Shown piece after piece: positions 21,747 to 36,080 of a stretch of DNA of 64,000 nt. This DNA comes from Lytechinus pictus (lineage: Eukaryota). The DNA lies in contig NC_087256.1 in assembly GCF_037042905.1 (NCBI RefSeq), positions 2,170,001-2,234,000 of the forward strand, in the 5' to 3' direction. The stretch's first letter is position 1. Every line of letters starts with the position of its first letter. The notes beneath the pieces were generated by a model. The model was not told the origin of the DNA and searched no databases. It saw only the letters and a program-made list of their open reading frames with translations. Both the position numbers and the translations under genes were made by a program.

Positions 21747-24509
21747 TTAATGATTGAACAGCTTATAAAAATATTTCTTTATTAAAATACATTTTGCAAG
21801 AAAATAAAGATAGATGGCAGATTGTTCCCTCAGTCTTGAATGAATTTGAAATACATTTAAAAGATATTTTTGTAGATGTATAGAAATATACAAATATTCT
21901 GAAAATCCCTGATCACATTTCCCAAAGGTTTGAATCATATGAAAAATGTTTTAGAAAATAAAATGATGAAGACAACCAGAATGAAATGCATTGTAATCTA
22001 ATTATTGAGCAAATTCTTCCCTCATTGGTTCCAAGGATTTCGAAATTCAACAGTGAAGCCTACCCTAATAACAAGCTCATACTGATAGAGAAAATTAAGC
22101 ATCAACACTGAAATATTCATCAAAATTGGCTCTTAAATGAGAATGCTCTAGCATCTAAACTGTTCACAAAACAATCAAATACACAGCATTGGTGGTAAAT
22201 GACACAACCTTGCAAACTCACTACTTCTTTGGTATTTTATTATCAGAATACGAAAATTTTGAACAAAGTAATTTAACAAAACCAAGATCTAAAGTAGCAC
22301 AAATAATGAGTCACTTTCAATATGAATCAAATTAAAAATTCCAATATAATTCACAGGTTTGACTTCTTACTGGAGGAAAATGGATTGGCAAAATTGATAA
22401 AATTTAACATGATGAAAACATTAAATTAAAAAACTCACTCAAATGATGATTAATATTATAATCATTAACAACTAAACTTGAAGTAGTAAAAAACAAATAA
22501 TCATTGTGGTAGCCAAAATTAATTACCACTTAAAAAATCTTAAAATTCTCCATAAAAGTTAGCAAAGTACAATGTTCTGTAACAAGTGGTTTCTTTAACA
22601 AGACTACAATAATCAAGTACAATGTCCATTGAAAAATAGAATGGAATGGCAATGGAAGAATAAAATGAGAGGGAAGGAGAGACAGAGAGAGAACGAAAAA
22701 GATTTCTGAAACCATTTTGAAATTAAGAAGACTAGAGTTATCACAGAATAAAAACAATATAAGGGCCTGCAAAATATCATTCTGTAATAGGGCAGAAGAA
22801 TAGGACTTATTTAAAAGGAATGGAGCAGGACTCAACGCTACATTGCAACAGCAATCCTTCCAACGTGTTACTCCATCACACCAGAGAGTACTGCGATCCC
22901 TTGCTCTACAGGACCAATAGGCAGCCAGCAGAGTCCACTGTCAATATTGACCTGATATAATCACATAGATTCACATTGAACTCTACCACTACACAGGCCT
23001 TGGGTGCAGTATGCATGTATGAGCCCTGTTTGTCCACTGTATGTGCACCCAGTGCCGAATGTGTGTGTGTGTGCTGTGTGTGTGACAGAGCGCGAGTGTG
23101 TGTTGTGGGAGTATGCAGAGTGAGCTTGGGTGTGTGTGCGTGCCAAAGATTGTGTATGAGTACTGGACAGTGGCATTTGTACATGGCCGAACATCTACAG
23201 GATGGTTCTGGCTAGTTCGCAAAGCCACATACAACATAGTATCCATGCAGCAGCGGGCTATTGGAGAGAGAGGGAGAGAGATACCGTAACGTGCAACGCA
23301 ACTCGCAGGCAGCATCAACAGATGACACGACTTTGAACCAGAGATTCAACCATAGATTTAACCATGAAAAATGGCAAGGAAATGCAATAAGTATATAAAA
23401 TCGAAGAGAACATACCCCTGTTTTAGCCTGCCTAGAGGCCATATTTGCTGGTGGAAGATAAGCCTCTGCTAGATGGATGGACAATAATTGTTCCGTATAA
23501 GAGAAGAGAGAGCGAGAGAAGAGAGAAACCCTGCGTGTTTACTCACTCCTAGTTGGAAGCAATCCTTCTACTAACCACACACACACATAGTACTCTCATT
23601 ATATACACCACATATGATTTGTATGCTAGAGGTATGGCAATGACCTCACACTCCAACGTTAATGTACTTGTATTGTGCGCAGCATTTGATTGTGAATGCT
23701 TGACCAGGCATGTAGAGTGACGCGAATGAGTGACTGAACCCTCTCTGCACATCCAATCAAAAGCCTTTCTATATATCACTCCATGTATCCAAATATCATT
23801 TCATGCTTTTGTTACCATGCCTGATGGCTTAAGTCTCTTACCCCCCCCCCTTCCTCTCTATTTAATAGGCTTCTGGTGAATTTCCAGTATTGGGTGGTCA
23901 AGGCTGGACCATAATTACATGTAGGTTCGAAATGTGAAAGAAAAGAATTGCACTGTCTCACTATCTCATTGGCTAACAGGTTCAAGTGGAAGAGACCTAT
24001 AGGTAATCAACAAAACTAACAACCTGGAACTGACTGCGCACACAGTTCACATTTCTCTACAGCAGTTGATGAAATAAATTTATTTGATCAATCAAAACTC
24101 TTCACTAGTTGTTGCTGCCAATGATAAACCCAGTGTGCATGTCTCATTGAACATGATACATATTCATTGTCGATCCAGTTTTCAGGCATAACATGAATAA
24201 CATAAAATATAAGAATGATAGTATGAGGCTTTACTTCCCATCGATCTACTGCTGATTGGCGGATGATCTTGTTGATATAAAACGCTTCCTATTCTTCACA
24301 GTCTGTACTTCCATTATAAACCATTCATGTTAGCTCCAATAATACCAACAATCAAACACAACTTCACAAAACAAACTCCTCTCCCGTGGAGCAAGTTGAA
24401 TTAAAAACACAAAGGAAATTTTGGTATGAAATTTAGAAATTCATATTCAAGATGCAGAGAGGGATAGTGAGAGCATAATGATGCCCACCTGTCAAATATG
24501 CATTATTAA

Positions 24510-24642
24510 AGGACACCTCCACCCCAACAAAAAGCTCATTTGAATAATAAGAGAAAAATCCAACAAGCATAACACTGAAAATTTCATCAAAATCGGATGT
24601 AAAATAAGAAAGTTATGACATTTTAAAGTTTCGCTTAATTTC
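24510..24642 (+). mobile_element. Truncated left end of MITE family A
   Basis: ttaa|aggacacctccaccccaacaaaaag.. matches the first ~130 bp of 21144 and 32064. Confidence 0.85.
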
Positions 24643-24652
24643 CAAGGAACAT

Positions 24653-24722
24653 AATCTACTACTAATAAAACCAGATTGATATGTAACAATCTACTACTAA
24701 TAAAACCAGATTGATATGTAAC
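24653..24722. repeat. Perfect 35-bp tandem duplication
   Basis: aatctactactaataaaaccagattgatatgtaac x2, next to the MITE truncation point. Confidence 0.95.
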
Positions 24723-27700
24723 ATGGGTGTAGGCGTAGTTCTAGGTGGTATGAGATTTAATACTCAAAAATTAGAAATACACTATTACTAAGAACCAGTT
24801 TATAGATAATTGAAAATATTCACTCAAGCTAAAATGAACATGACGTCAGTCGGTAGTTCTTTTTCATAGTCTTGTACATTCTTTTAAAATAATTGAATTT
24901 CACCATACTCTGTTATTCAAATGGGTCTGCATGAATAAGGCTATATGGAGAGGGAGGGGCTTAGCTATTTAGGGGGTGCATTTGGAGGCTGAGTGACCAC
25001 AAAAGATTGATAAACTGCATTCATGCTCTCTGACATGATAGTGAGGCCAATGCCAAGAACTCATTACTAGTCTACTCCAATTCAGACCTCTTATCATAAT
25101 TACACTTCATAGCGTAATACAGTCGAGATAAGAATTGTCATCCATGTGATTTCCTAACCTAACTGTACAATACAAAAAAACATGCATTGGAAATGTGGTA
25201 TGGGATTGATTTTTATATTAATGTTGAAAATGGGCATCACCTGCTGGAATAAAAAGGTTTGATTTTGAAACTACAACAGATGCACTGAAGCAGCATCTAG
25301 GTCAATTTGCAACTCTTGTCCTTAAGCAAGTGAAAAAAAAATAGCTTGCTTGAAAATGGAATGTAGTATTGTAGTTATCAAAATTTCTCTTTTGCCTTTT
25401 TTTTTATAAGCATGGTCTTTTCTCTAGCAGATCATACATTATCTTCAAAACAGCTAGGAAAATGTATTCTTAATGCTGGGAAATAATACTGATGGAATTG
25501 TTCTAGTTACTATAGAAATAATACTTCATTCTTTTCCTGCACATGTCAAAGGATAAGTTCAGGTGTTTTGTACTACTTAGTACTTATTCAGAAAAGATTT
25601 TTTAAATAGAAATCTAGTACAAGTGACCACTAACTAGAGTTATTTCATAATTACCACCTGAAAAGTCATTACTGATATCCTTCAAAGATAAGCATATTTA
25701 AGAATATAAAACGCCTTCAGGCTTCCTGTCAAGAAAATAGGACAAATTAAAATTTACAAATTCATGAACATATTACTTAATAAAAGAATTGTGAGCAATA
25801 AAAGATAAATAAATATATAAATAATTGAAGATTCAATTAATGAATAACAAATTAAAAAAAAAAGAAACAAAAATAAGTTTGTGTATATAGTGCATACCAA
25901 AGTATATAAAAAGAGTACGTTTAGTGCTCCAAAAGATATGGGAAATAGAAATCCCCCCAAAAAAGAGAGATTATTATTATTATTAGAAACGAGTATGTTC
26001 AAGCTTTGGAAAGTTCAATTTGGACTATTATTCTCACATTCCAATCTTACAAAAGTAGTATCATATCTATTTTCAGACAAAATTATGAAAAATAAATAAA
26101 TAAAAACTAAAATGCACATACAAGTACATTACATACACACCTTACACATAAGAATGATGATTTATTAAATACCTCATCTGTGCACAGCACACTGAAGCAG
26201 GATCATGAAATTGACATGTCACAAACAACCTGTATGTTGCATTAGATTTATTATCCTACACTCATCAAATTTACAGGGTACTTGAATGATTCAACTGACA
26301 GGCAAAGTAGCCCATTCATAATGAAATGGATATTTCCAAGATCAATGGGTTTCTCTTGGCCTGAAAATTATATGAACTCAATACATAGAATAATTTAAAA
26401 AAAAAAATGATTAAAAAATCGTAAAAAATGTTCCTCCCAAGTAATCTGGAATATGGTATACCAAATCAGATGGCACTACACACAGTTGTGTTGAAATAAA
26501 AATGGTTTCCGTCATAACAATATCGTCATTTTAAATGAAGATCATTTATATCACACAAAACTGGAAAAAAAGGGGAAAAATATTGCTCCAGAGCTTTAAA
26601 AATACTACTCAAACAGTAAAGATTCATTTTTCCCATTTAAAAAGGTATTAAAACATTATTATTGAATAAATACTTACAGAGTTAAATGAAAATTTGCTCT
26701 TTCTCTTTGTCTAATAAAACACATAATTAAAAAAAAATATATATATATCAAAATAAAAACATACATTTTAAAGACCAAGCATTTGCCCCCCCCCTCATTA
26801 TGCACCTGCACCCATACATTAAGATAGTATTATAGATAATTTGTAATTGTTTTCTGGGGTTGCCATACAGTCAACCCCTACAACCTTCTAAAAATTGATA
26901 TGTAATAGAAAATGCAATTTTGTTCAATGTTTTGCTTGTCAATTGATTTATTAAGTGGATTGTATTTTCTTTGTTAATATGTTTATGAAAAAAGTTGCAG
27001 AAACCAATAAATGAAATGAAAAATGAAAATTAGTCATTCTTACACTGAAATGTCTGCATTTTACTTTATAACCATTCATTTGTAAATATTTTCAAAGGTA
27101 GAGATTTTCATTTCATGTACACTAAAACGTAGCTCCCACACACACACACACACACAAATATTGTATTATCAAAACAGTGATTATAGCCTCTATGATTCTG
27201 AATCTGACTCATACATTCAAACAAAACCTAGGTCTAACCTGGTAGTGCAAGGAAAAAATGTTTGATTTCATAGCCCAATAACCAATATTTTTTTATCAAA
27301 GACTTGTATAGTATAAAATTTGACTCAAATTATGAGTACATAAAGCAAGAGCAAAAAGTGCGAAAAACGTAACTGAGTTGGCGTCTGGAATTGTAAAAAA
27401 TGCTTATCCAATCAAAATATTTATTGTCAGGTCAGTAGAAACTGGTAAACAGATTATCCATTCCAAGACTTAAAAAAAGGCCCTCTGGCTTTAGAATGGA
27501 CATAGAAATATCCTGCTTCCCTGTATAACATTCAACTTGAAACAAAGGAAATTAGATATAATAATACACATGAAAGATGATCATAATGAGTTCTTCTCAC
27601 TTGAACAGTCACTAGAATGTCAGCTGTTCTTTGGCCTAATTAGAAGCATTAAGGTTAATTACTCAAGTTATAGCTATGCATTATTCAAACCTATTAAAGT

Positions 27701-27939
27701 GTGTTCTCATATCCTAATTAGGGTGAATTTCTTTCATTTATCATACCCATCATACCCTGCCAGAGATACTGTTCTAAAATCCTAATTACAATAAACTTAC
27801 TTTGAAGAACAGAACAAAAGAGCCAAGTGACTCCTCCTAATTGTATCTCACTTCAAAAGAAGGCAATTGGCAACTTTGACTGTATTCTGCCATAGAGGGC
27901 AGCAGAGGACATTAAGATATGAGCAAAGGCACTTGTAAG

Positions 27940-28354
27940 GGTTTATTTCCAATTCGTCTACTGCCAATTCGTCCAATTGCCAACTCGTCTACTATCATTT
28001 AGTCTATCATCAGTTTGTCTACTCATCACATGGTCTACTTTCATTAAGTCTAATGGCATTCCGTCTAATAACCAGTTGGTCCAATAGCCATTTAGTCCAT
28101 ATACTCTTTGGTCTAATTAAACTAAAGTGTTAATTGTGCAAAATGAATAAAAAGAAAGTGGGTATTAGACCAAATGATTATTAGACGAAATGGTAAAAGA
28201 CGAACTGGTGATGAGATGAAGTGATGATTGAACCAAATGGTTATTGGACCAAATGGGTGTTAGACGTAATGTTGATGGACGCAATGGCATTGGACTAAAT
28301 GAAGGTAGACCATGTGGTGAGTGGACGAGTTGGCAGACGAATTGGCAATTTACC
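27940..28354. mobile_element. Merlin-like MITE with internal gtcta/tagac short repeats
   Basis: GG termini, TIR ggt(t/a)(t/a)att(t/g)ccaattcgtct, 8-bp duplication cttgtaag/attgtaag; second copy 37844-38193. Confidence 0.75.
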
Positions 28355-28594
28355 ATTGTAAGGAGGAACTAGGCTTCTAAAAGGTTCTCCAAGTCAACTG
28401 GCTTGCACCACTGCCTGCAAGTTGTATTCTCACAAACCTGAGCCTGCACTAGCCTTCTTTTCTATTAACTCCAGTCTTAAGATGAATCTTGTCAACAAAC
28501 GGTAATAGAAACATTATAATTAGAATGATCATTCCTGGAGGCTTGTTTATTAGTTTCTTGGTAGTGTATCTTTGGTAGATTCTAGAACTCAGAT

Positions 28595-29125
28595 CCAGGG
28601 GGGGTACTTAGTATAAATGTATGATACATATGTACTGTGGTTTAGACCCCCATTTTCAGCCTAAATTTCTGTTCCAGAGCATCACCAATTCAGAAATCCA
28701 TAGAAATTCCTATTTTTTCTCGTTCCAGAGACCCTCAAATTCGTGATTTTCGTTCTGGTGCACACCCATCATGAACTACTCAGCCGGTCAGAGCGGCGAG
28801 CTTGATCGGTGCAGAGCCATAGTGCCGGGCCGCTGATGCTCCCCGTGCTCGCAGCTAACCTGATATGAATCTAGCAAGATGCATGCACCATTTTTTTATG
28901 TAGCCACTACTACGCTACGCCTACTATATAATGAGTTCCGGAGACCCCCTTTTTTCATGTGGTCAGTTCCACAGCATTGCATTTTTAGCAATTGTTGATC
29001 CAAGAGCTATTCGGGAGACCCTCGTTTTCACTTTTCAGACCAAGATTTAGTTCCAGAGCCCCCACCCCCAACTTTGGTGCGGCACATAGGCATCATGTTA
29101 TAATTTGAGGATACCCCCCTCAGGG
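28595..29125. mobile_element. Unclassified non-autonomous TIR element with G-run termini
   Basis: ccagggggggtacttag.. / ..ttgaggatacccccctcaggg, flanked by direct repeat tcagat (28589-28594, 29126-29131). Confidence 0.7.
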
Positions 29126-29632
29126 TCAGATCCCATGGTAATATGCTATGTAAGATAGCAGTGAAGGTATACCGCTTAGACTAGATCTAAAAGTTATTAC
29201 TTTCTTTAAAAAAAAAAAGAGCAAGAAATAGACTTTGAAAATTACAAGTTAGAGTTAGACTAAAACAGAGAGAGGGAGACAAAATGGGAGTGGAATAGAA
29301 AGGGAGTGAGATAGGAAGAGAGGAAAAGAGCTAAGGGAAGAGGGGGGGGGGGTGTTGAGAGAATAAGAGAGAGCTTTTTATCTTCAATCTGGGTCACTTT
29401 CTAACCCTACAGAATCCAGACAATCAAAGCCCCTTACTTCCTCTCCCTCCTGTCTGGCTATTTCCATCTATGACCAGTAAAACAACAAAAAGGAAACATA
29501 ACTTCAACCACAACTCTAGCCTCCATCCAAGCTAAACATGAATTTTTAAACTAATTTTTCCATTAATTTTGTTGTCAGTACAAGATCCTTCAATCCCTAT
29601 TCTAAAGTTTTAGTAAGTCTAATGAAGGAATG

Positions 29633-29749
29633 AATAATAATAATACTAATTGGCATTTATATAGCGCTTTATCAATCTACGACTGTTCAAAGCGCTTCAC
29701 AATTATTATTACCCGGTCACTGGAATCGTAGCATTCCAAGCAGCCTGTT
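29633..29749 (-). mobile_element. 5'-truncated SINE 3' end
   Basis: Nearly identical to 61050-61130 (atagcgctttatcaatctac..cgcttcacaattattattacccggtcactgga), (AAT)n tail, flanking direct repeat aggaatg. Confidence 0.8.
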
Positions 29750-32063
29750 AGGAATGGAATGGAGAATAATGATAAGACTAAGTGAACCATGACAGATGCC
29801 TTCAATAATGCCTGAAAAGAAAATATGAGCAAATTCAGAGAATATGTGTAAATTGAATGCCATCATTACTTCTTTTCCTTACATCGAATTTTGATGAATT
29901 CTTTTCAGCATTATGCTTTGATTTTTTTATTGGGTAAAATAAACTTTTTTTGGGTGGACTTAAACTTTGATATGGACATTTATTTCACGAAATGAAAGCA
30001 GTCTTCCTGTTAACATATTGGAATTCCATTAATTCAAACCACTAATACCACATACCCCCATCTAACTGTTTTTGTGGTCAAAAGTGAAAGAAACATGTTG
30101 AAATGTTTTCTGGAAAAAGCACATTCCGAAGGTTTTCATGTCTCTGGACCAATCTTGGGGTAAAAGGAGAAGCAGGAGTGAGTCAACCTTTCATTACAGA
30201 TTATTCTAATATTTTTAAAACCTCTCATTGTTCATGAAACATAATACAGTAAGCACATTGAAATGTAAGTCCTTTGCATGAATTACCACGAATATGATAG
30301 AAACATGTAACAGGAAGTTTTACCACTCTGAAAATTTCTATAGATCTTAACAAATCTGTTATAACTTTTCTGATTTGTTGTTCATTTCCAGTGAAAATCA
30401 ATCTTTTTATGACTTCATAGTTGCTACATATGGTTTCACTATAGTTTCCATAGCCTTTGGTAACAAATAAAAACATTCAGACTTGCTCATCCATTGAAAA
30501 TGATAGTCGAAAGAGTGAATTCCTACTTACATCAATGTACGTTATATGAGGAGTTGCATACTGAGAATGTGAATTTAATTCTATATTTAATTGTTTAATG
30601 TTTTTCAAACTATTGATTAAAAGTTCATTGACTGGAAATGCAATGAATTGCTAAAAGCAATTTATCATTTAAACGAGCCACTTATACATAACAATTGTAA
30701 AAGCCAACCCCAGACTCAATCTACATCAATACATGATACAGAAAAGTACAGCTGTTCACATTCAAAACAAGAAAATTAATGTTTAACTTATTACATGAAC
30801 AAACAAGAAAATGTATGTTGAACGTATTACAAGTATGATAGATAACAGTTGTAGCAATTGTTTAAAATGCGTCACATGATATTTAACTTTTGCACACATT
30901 CCACTGCAGTGCAAAAAGATGCACAACCAAAATCGACATAGCACGTTCCAGCAGACCACATGCTAGAGTAGGAGAAAGAGTAGAATAGCAACAAAAAATA
31001 CCATAAATCATTTTAAAGACCAGTGTTTCAGTGTTTTATGAAACAAAAAGTATATGCAGTGAAAACACATTTCTTCAGATGGTGCATATTGGGCACTCGT
31101 TCAAAGCCTTGTGCGGCACCTATCTATACAAACCTTGCAAGCACTGTACTTCCACTAATGCACTAGATTATGTGCATTAGTAATTTTTGCTACCAATAAG
31201 TTTAAAAAAGAGAAGAGAATGTGAACTCATAAACATTGTTAATAAACATGTTGAATGGGGAGTTATTAAGTTATCAAAACTATAAAAAAAATTAAATGTC
31301 TGAAATTATGAAAAAAAGTGATTGTAAAGTGTTGTTTCATTCCTTAGCTACAAACTGCTATATTGTGCATATATACTACAGAGGTGACTGTTTGTGGACT
31401 AAACAAAAAATTGTAACATGTTCACTGTCACACTTGTTTGATTTTGTCTATATGTATCAAAATCATCTCATCGTTGACATGAACCTTTCAAGGAACACAC
31501 CAAAAGTTTAGTCAATTCCCCCCAAAGAATTCTGCTATTAGCCATGTCCTTTCATGACAACATAGAATACAAGACCATGAATCGAATTGTTGCCTTTACA
31601 TTGACTTCTTACAAAACACACAAGGGGTATATAAATAGCAACTGAAAATACTTTTGTCACACATCATAAACGCAGGCAAACTCAGTGCACTTCCCCTGAC
31701 CTCTGTCACCTATATACAACAAAACTATCTATTGAAGTGACACCCTCTGAACATCACACTTTGAACTAACAAGAAATCATGGGAATAAACCTCACTGAGG
31801 AATCATTCATGAATCACAAGATGTTCCATGTCCTTCTCTTCCCCCTTTCTAGTCAAACCCAACAGAATATATATATAAAAAGATTATACAGTTAAGAAAT
31901 AACGCCAGGAAAAGCAGCCAGTCACAGAGTAGCAAGGCGTTTGAAAGACTTAAAGGTATACATTCCTGGGATTAAAAGGGCGCTGTATGATGTTATTGTT
32001 GCGTGCAGCACTTCCTGCCATTCCTTACGGAGATCATCTACACAATTTGCATGTAACTGTTAA

Positions 32064-32668
32064 AGGACAAGTCCACTCCAACAAAAAGCTAATTTGAATA
32101 GAAAGAGAAAAATCAAACAAGCACTGAAAATTTCATCAAAATCGGATGTAAAATAAGAAAGTTATAACATTTTAAAGTTTTGCTTAATTTCACAAAACAG
32201 TTAAATGCACATCCTGTTTGTTGTGCATATGAGGGGACCGACGACATCACCCACTCACTATTTCTTTTGTAATTTATTATATGAAAAATGAAATATTTGT
32301 TTTCTCGTCATTGTCATGTGACACAATTCTTCATTCCTCCCTGAACAAGTGGAATTCCATTATTTTAATATTTTGTGTTTCAAGCAAGGGGGTCCTAATT
32401 GTCAAGTTCATAAAAATTGAAATATTGTATTGTTATAATTCAAACAAAAAAACAAAAAGAAATAGTGAGTGACATCATCGTCTATCTCATTTGCATATCA
32501 CTGAATTGAGCATGGAAGTTTAGAACTGTTTTGTGAAAAATAAGCGAAACTTAGAAAATGTCATAACTTTCTTATTGTACATCTAATTTTGATGAAGTTT
32601 TCAGCATTATTAATGTTTGATTTTTCTCTATTTATTTAAATAAACTTTTTTCTGGGGTGGACTTACCT
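32064..32668 (+). mobile_element. Kolobok-like MITE family A (full length)
   Basis: TTAA flanks, collinear with 21144-21746. Confidence 0.88.
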
Positions 32669-32993
32669 TTAATCATCAGCCAGTCACATAGCACATGCAC
32701 AGTACACATGTACTGCACTGCGCTTGGCTCCAATGGTGCCGGCCAAAACATCTGCTGACATCATTTCACACAGCAGAAGGAGACAGAGCCAACCTGCAAG
32801 AATCTACAAACAGTAGCCAAAGCATATGCGAACAGAGAACAGTCAAGAGTTTGGGCATTCAGATCATGGAATCTGCATAAGCACCATAGAACATTGGTGT
32901 CAATGGGCAGCTAGCGCGGCATTCAGTGCGTATGTAGGTATGTCCAATAGCCCCCTCTTGAATCCAAGGAATGTATATCTTTAACGGTCCTAA

Positions 32994-33154
32994 TGCTGCA
33001 GTCACATTTCCCCTATGGCGGCAGTACGGCGAGTAGAAAACAGCCGTTTTATTCATTGTTATTCAAACCACCTATATGTAGCTACCACAAAAATATTTAA
33101 ACAGCTCTTTTCAACTCACTGTACGGCCACCGTAGGGGATAAGTGACTGTACCA
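32994..33154. mobile_element. Second, diverged copy of the short Harbinger-like MITE (opposite orientation to 7571)
   Basis: Same TIR skeleton; core ttattcaaaccacctatatgtagct is the reverse complement of the 7571 core; TAA/TGA flanks. Confidence 0.8.
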
Positions 33155-33175
33155 TGACAGGATCCCTATGACAAT

Positions 33176-34440
33176 GGGTCAAATGCATAAAAAGTAGCAA
33201 TTGCTTTGCTTTTGCTTGATTCTATATGCATAAAAATGAGCGAGCAAATGCTTTTGCTATAGTAAGCTCAAGCAATTGCTAACTGCCTCCTAGCATTTGC
33301 TTGACGATTAAGCTAATGCTTAAAAGCGTATGCATCAAGCAAACATTTTGCTTGTGCGTTTAAGCACTTGCTTGGTTTTTTTTAAGCTCCATCAGAGCAG
33401 CTTGAGCGTTTGCTTGATCAGGGTGTTTTTAATCATGTTTATGCACCTGAGAGAGAACCCCAAGGTGTACCGTAGCATGCATGTACATGTTTTCTTCTTA
33501 ATAAGTGCAAACCAGATGCCCAATGTATAACTTTATAAAAAAAGACACAAGTTAGTTTGACACAACTTCTAAGGAAAATATGTTATATGAAAGAAGCGGT
33601 AATTTGAACTGCCACACCTTTGCGTTCGAGTCCTGCCTTTTCTGTGAGTCTTGTTCGCACCAGCGTGATGTCGCTATTGTTCAAACCGCAAGCAATTGCT
33701 TTCTGAAGGCAAGAAAAGGGTTACGCACTAGAAAATGGTTATGCATATAAAATAAAGCAAATGTTGAAGCATGATCTTTTCCTTGGCTAGCTATTAATTG
33801 TGCTTTAAGGAAAATATGTTATATGAAAGCGGTAATTTGCACTGCCACACCTTTGTGGAAGCGCCGTGGTGTGGCGGTTCTGACTCTCGCCTTGTAATCA
33901 GAAGGTCGTGTGTTCGAATCCCACCATGGCCTAGCGTCCCTTTGGCAAGGCATCAATCCACAATTTACCACTCTCCACCCAGGTGTTAAATGGGTAGCCG
34001 GTAGGATGCGAAAGCCTATGTAGTATGCCTAGCAATTGAGTCTTGGAACTCTTGTTGGAATGCTCCCCAAGGGAGTGGAGAAGGTGCATACATTGTATGC
34101 GGGCATACAAGGATCCGATGACCGGGGTAATAATATATCTGTAAAGCATTTAGAGACATGGTGTCAATGTGTTAAGCACTTTATAAAAGCGGAATTTTAT
34201 TATTACTTTGTGTTTGAGTCCTGCCTTTTCTGTGAGTCGTGTTCACACCAGCGTGACGTCGCTATTGTTCAAACCCCTAGCAATTGCTTTCTGAAGGCAA
34301 GAAAAGGGTTTAAGCACTAGCAAATTGTTAGGCATATGAAATAAAGCAAATGCTGAAGCATAATCTTTTCCTAGGCTAGCTATTAATTGTGCTTGAAGCA
34401 ACTGCTTACCAGCAATTGCTTCTTTTTATGCATCTGAGTC
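33176..34440. mobile_element. Non-autonomous TIR element with an internal ~236-bp tandem duplication, hosting a SINE
   Basis: TIRs gggtcaaatgcataaaaagtagcaattgct / agcaattgcttctttttatgcatctgagtc; duplicated units start taaggaaaatatgttatatgaaag (~33570, ~33806). Confidence 0.75.
33858..34205 (+). mobile_element. tRNA-derived SINE (Thr-TGT-like head), full length
   Basis: A box TGGTGTGGCGG, B box GTTCGAATCC, core ggcaaggca..ctctccacccaggtg..aatggg, (TAT)n tail, target duplication ctttgtg (33851-33857, 34206-34212). Confidence 0.9.
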
Positions 34441-36080
34441 TGACCAAATGTTCAAAGATTGAGGATGTCAATCAAGGCAATGCAGGTAAGGTACCAGGGA
34501 GAAAGGACGTATCATTGAAGGTGTCATTCTACCTTGTTTTTTCTGTCCGAAGAATCACATCTCTTTCTTGTAACACTTTTCAAATAATCCTGCTACTTCC
34601 CATCTCACAAATATTTGCAGACATTTTAACCATCTCATGAATTATCCAGCTATTTTACAAGTAGAGACACACTTAGGATTCACATTGGTACAATTTATTC
34701 ATGGTATCCTACCATCACATCACTATTCGAACACAGAACATTTTGAGGAATACCCCAAATTGGGCAGACAGAGCCAGAATCTCCAGTTTTTTTTTGTGGG
34801 AAAATCTTATCATTTGAGGTGCATCACAGTCAGGATCACCCCCCCCCCCCATGGAGACTTTTTTTAATTTATAAATTTTACTCCAAAGTTCTCTTAACAG
34901 TACTACCATTAATCTGTGGTTGTTGTAGTGCAACAAAAGATACAAGATGGCACTTGGAGGTGCCAGAACGGATGTATGAAATGGTAATAGAGGTCATTGT
35001 TCAACCCATTTCATACATTCATCAGCTCCCAACCTCTTCCAGTAAACAATAGGTAAAATCATTTTCATTAACACTTTCCAGTCTCATTATCATATCTTGC
35101 ACTTTATCAAAATGAGTGACAGAAGAGCATTTAATAATGCAACATAAATTAAAGGCTTTCTACCTCTCATCTTGTGTCTCACTCACAAGGATGATGCAGT
35201 GAACATAAGAGGAGTCGACACATCTCATTTTGATATCTTGAATAATAATCTATGATTACTATAAAATGAGGGATAGAAGTAAATAGAAAGTCATTAATGC
35301 TTAATACAAATCAAAAGAGTGATCGTATCAAGGACATTGGAATTGGAGGGGAGTATCACTATTTGGGAAGATATCATCTTTTAAACTCATTTCATTTTCT
35401 TTTCTTAACTCATTGTGACACGGAGAGAAGGTTCATAAGGTAAAATATCTAAAAGAGAGAACTATTAATTCCTACAAAATTATCTTTTGAAAAAAAATCA
35501 AATATGTTTATATTCCAATCTCAAGTTTAACAATCAATAGTACCAGTAAAAAGAAAGTTAAAAAGGAAGGCCTGCAGGTGTAGATCATGACTTAAAGGAA
35601 AATAAGAAATCATTAATAATCTGAATTTCAGACATTTTAACCGACTGGATAAAGCAAACAAATCCGTTTTATAAAAAGTATAGAATACATATTTTTCTTG
35701 CCAATATATGATTTTAATATATTCATGTTTATCATTTATCCCTTAAACATAATTTTTCGCCCTCTCTATTAAAATCCCACTACCTCTTTTTGTTTTGTCA
35801 TTCCTCTCTCTTTTTTGGTAAATGATTCTCCCTTTCTCTTCAGTCAGCAGGATCACGATTTTTTAAGCATATCAGGGAAACACTTGAACAAAACATTTAA
35901 AAAAATTCATAGTGTGGGCTACGGTCCATTAAGACACTTTCCTCATCCTATCAAATAAATATTATGAAAGCATGGAGTTTTCCAATAATCATGTTGTTAT
36001 GGTCGCTATAGTATAACAATGGTTTGACCTATTTTCAAGATATGTAGCAGAGATGCATAAATTATTCATTTGTGTATTTA

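Noticed and set aside
33858-33930. tRNA-Thr(TGT) gene (also 61260-61331)
   Set aside because: The acceptor and anticodon stems pair poorly, and the sequence continues into a SINE core and tail with a target duplication, so it is a SINE head.
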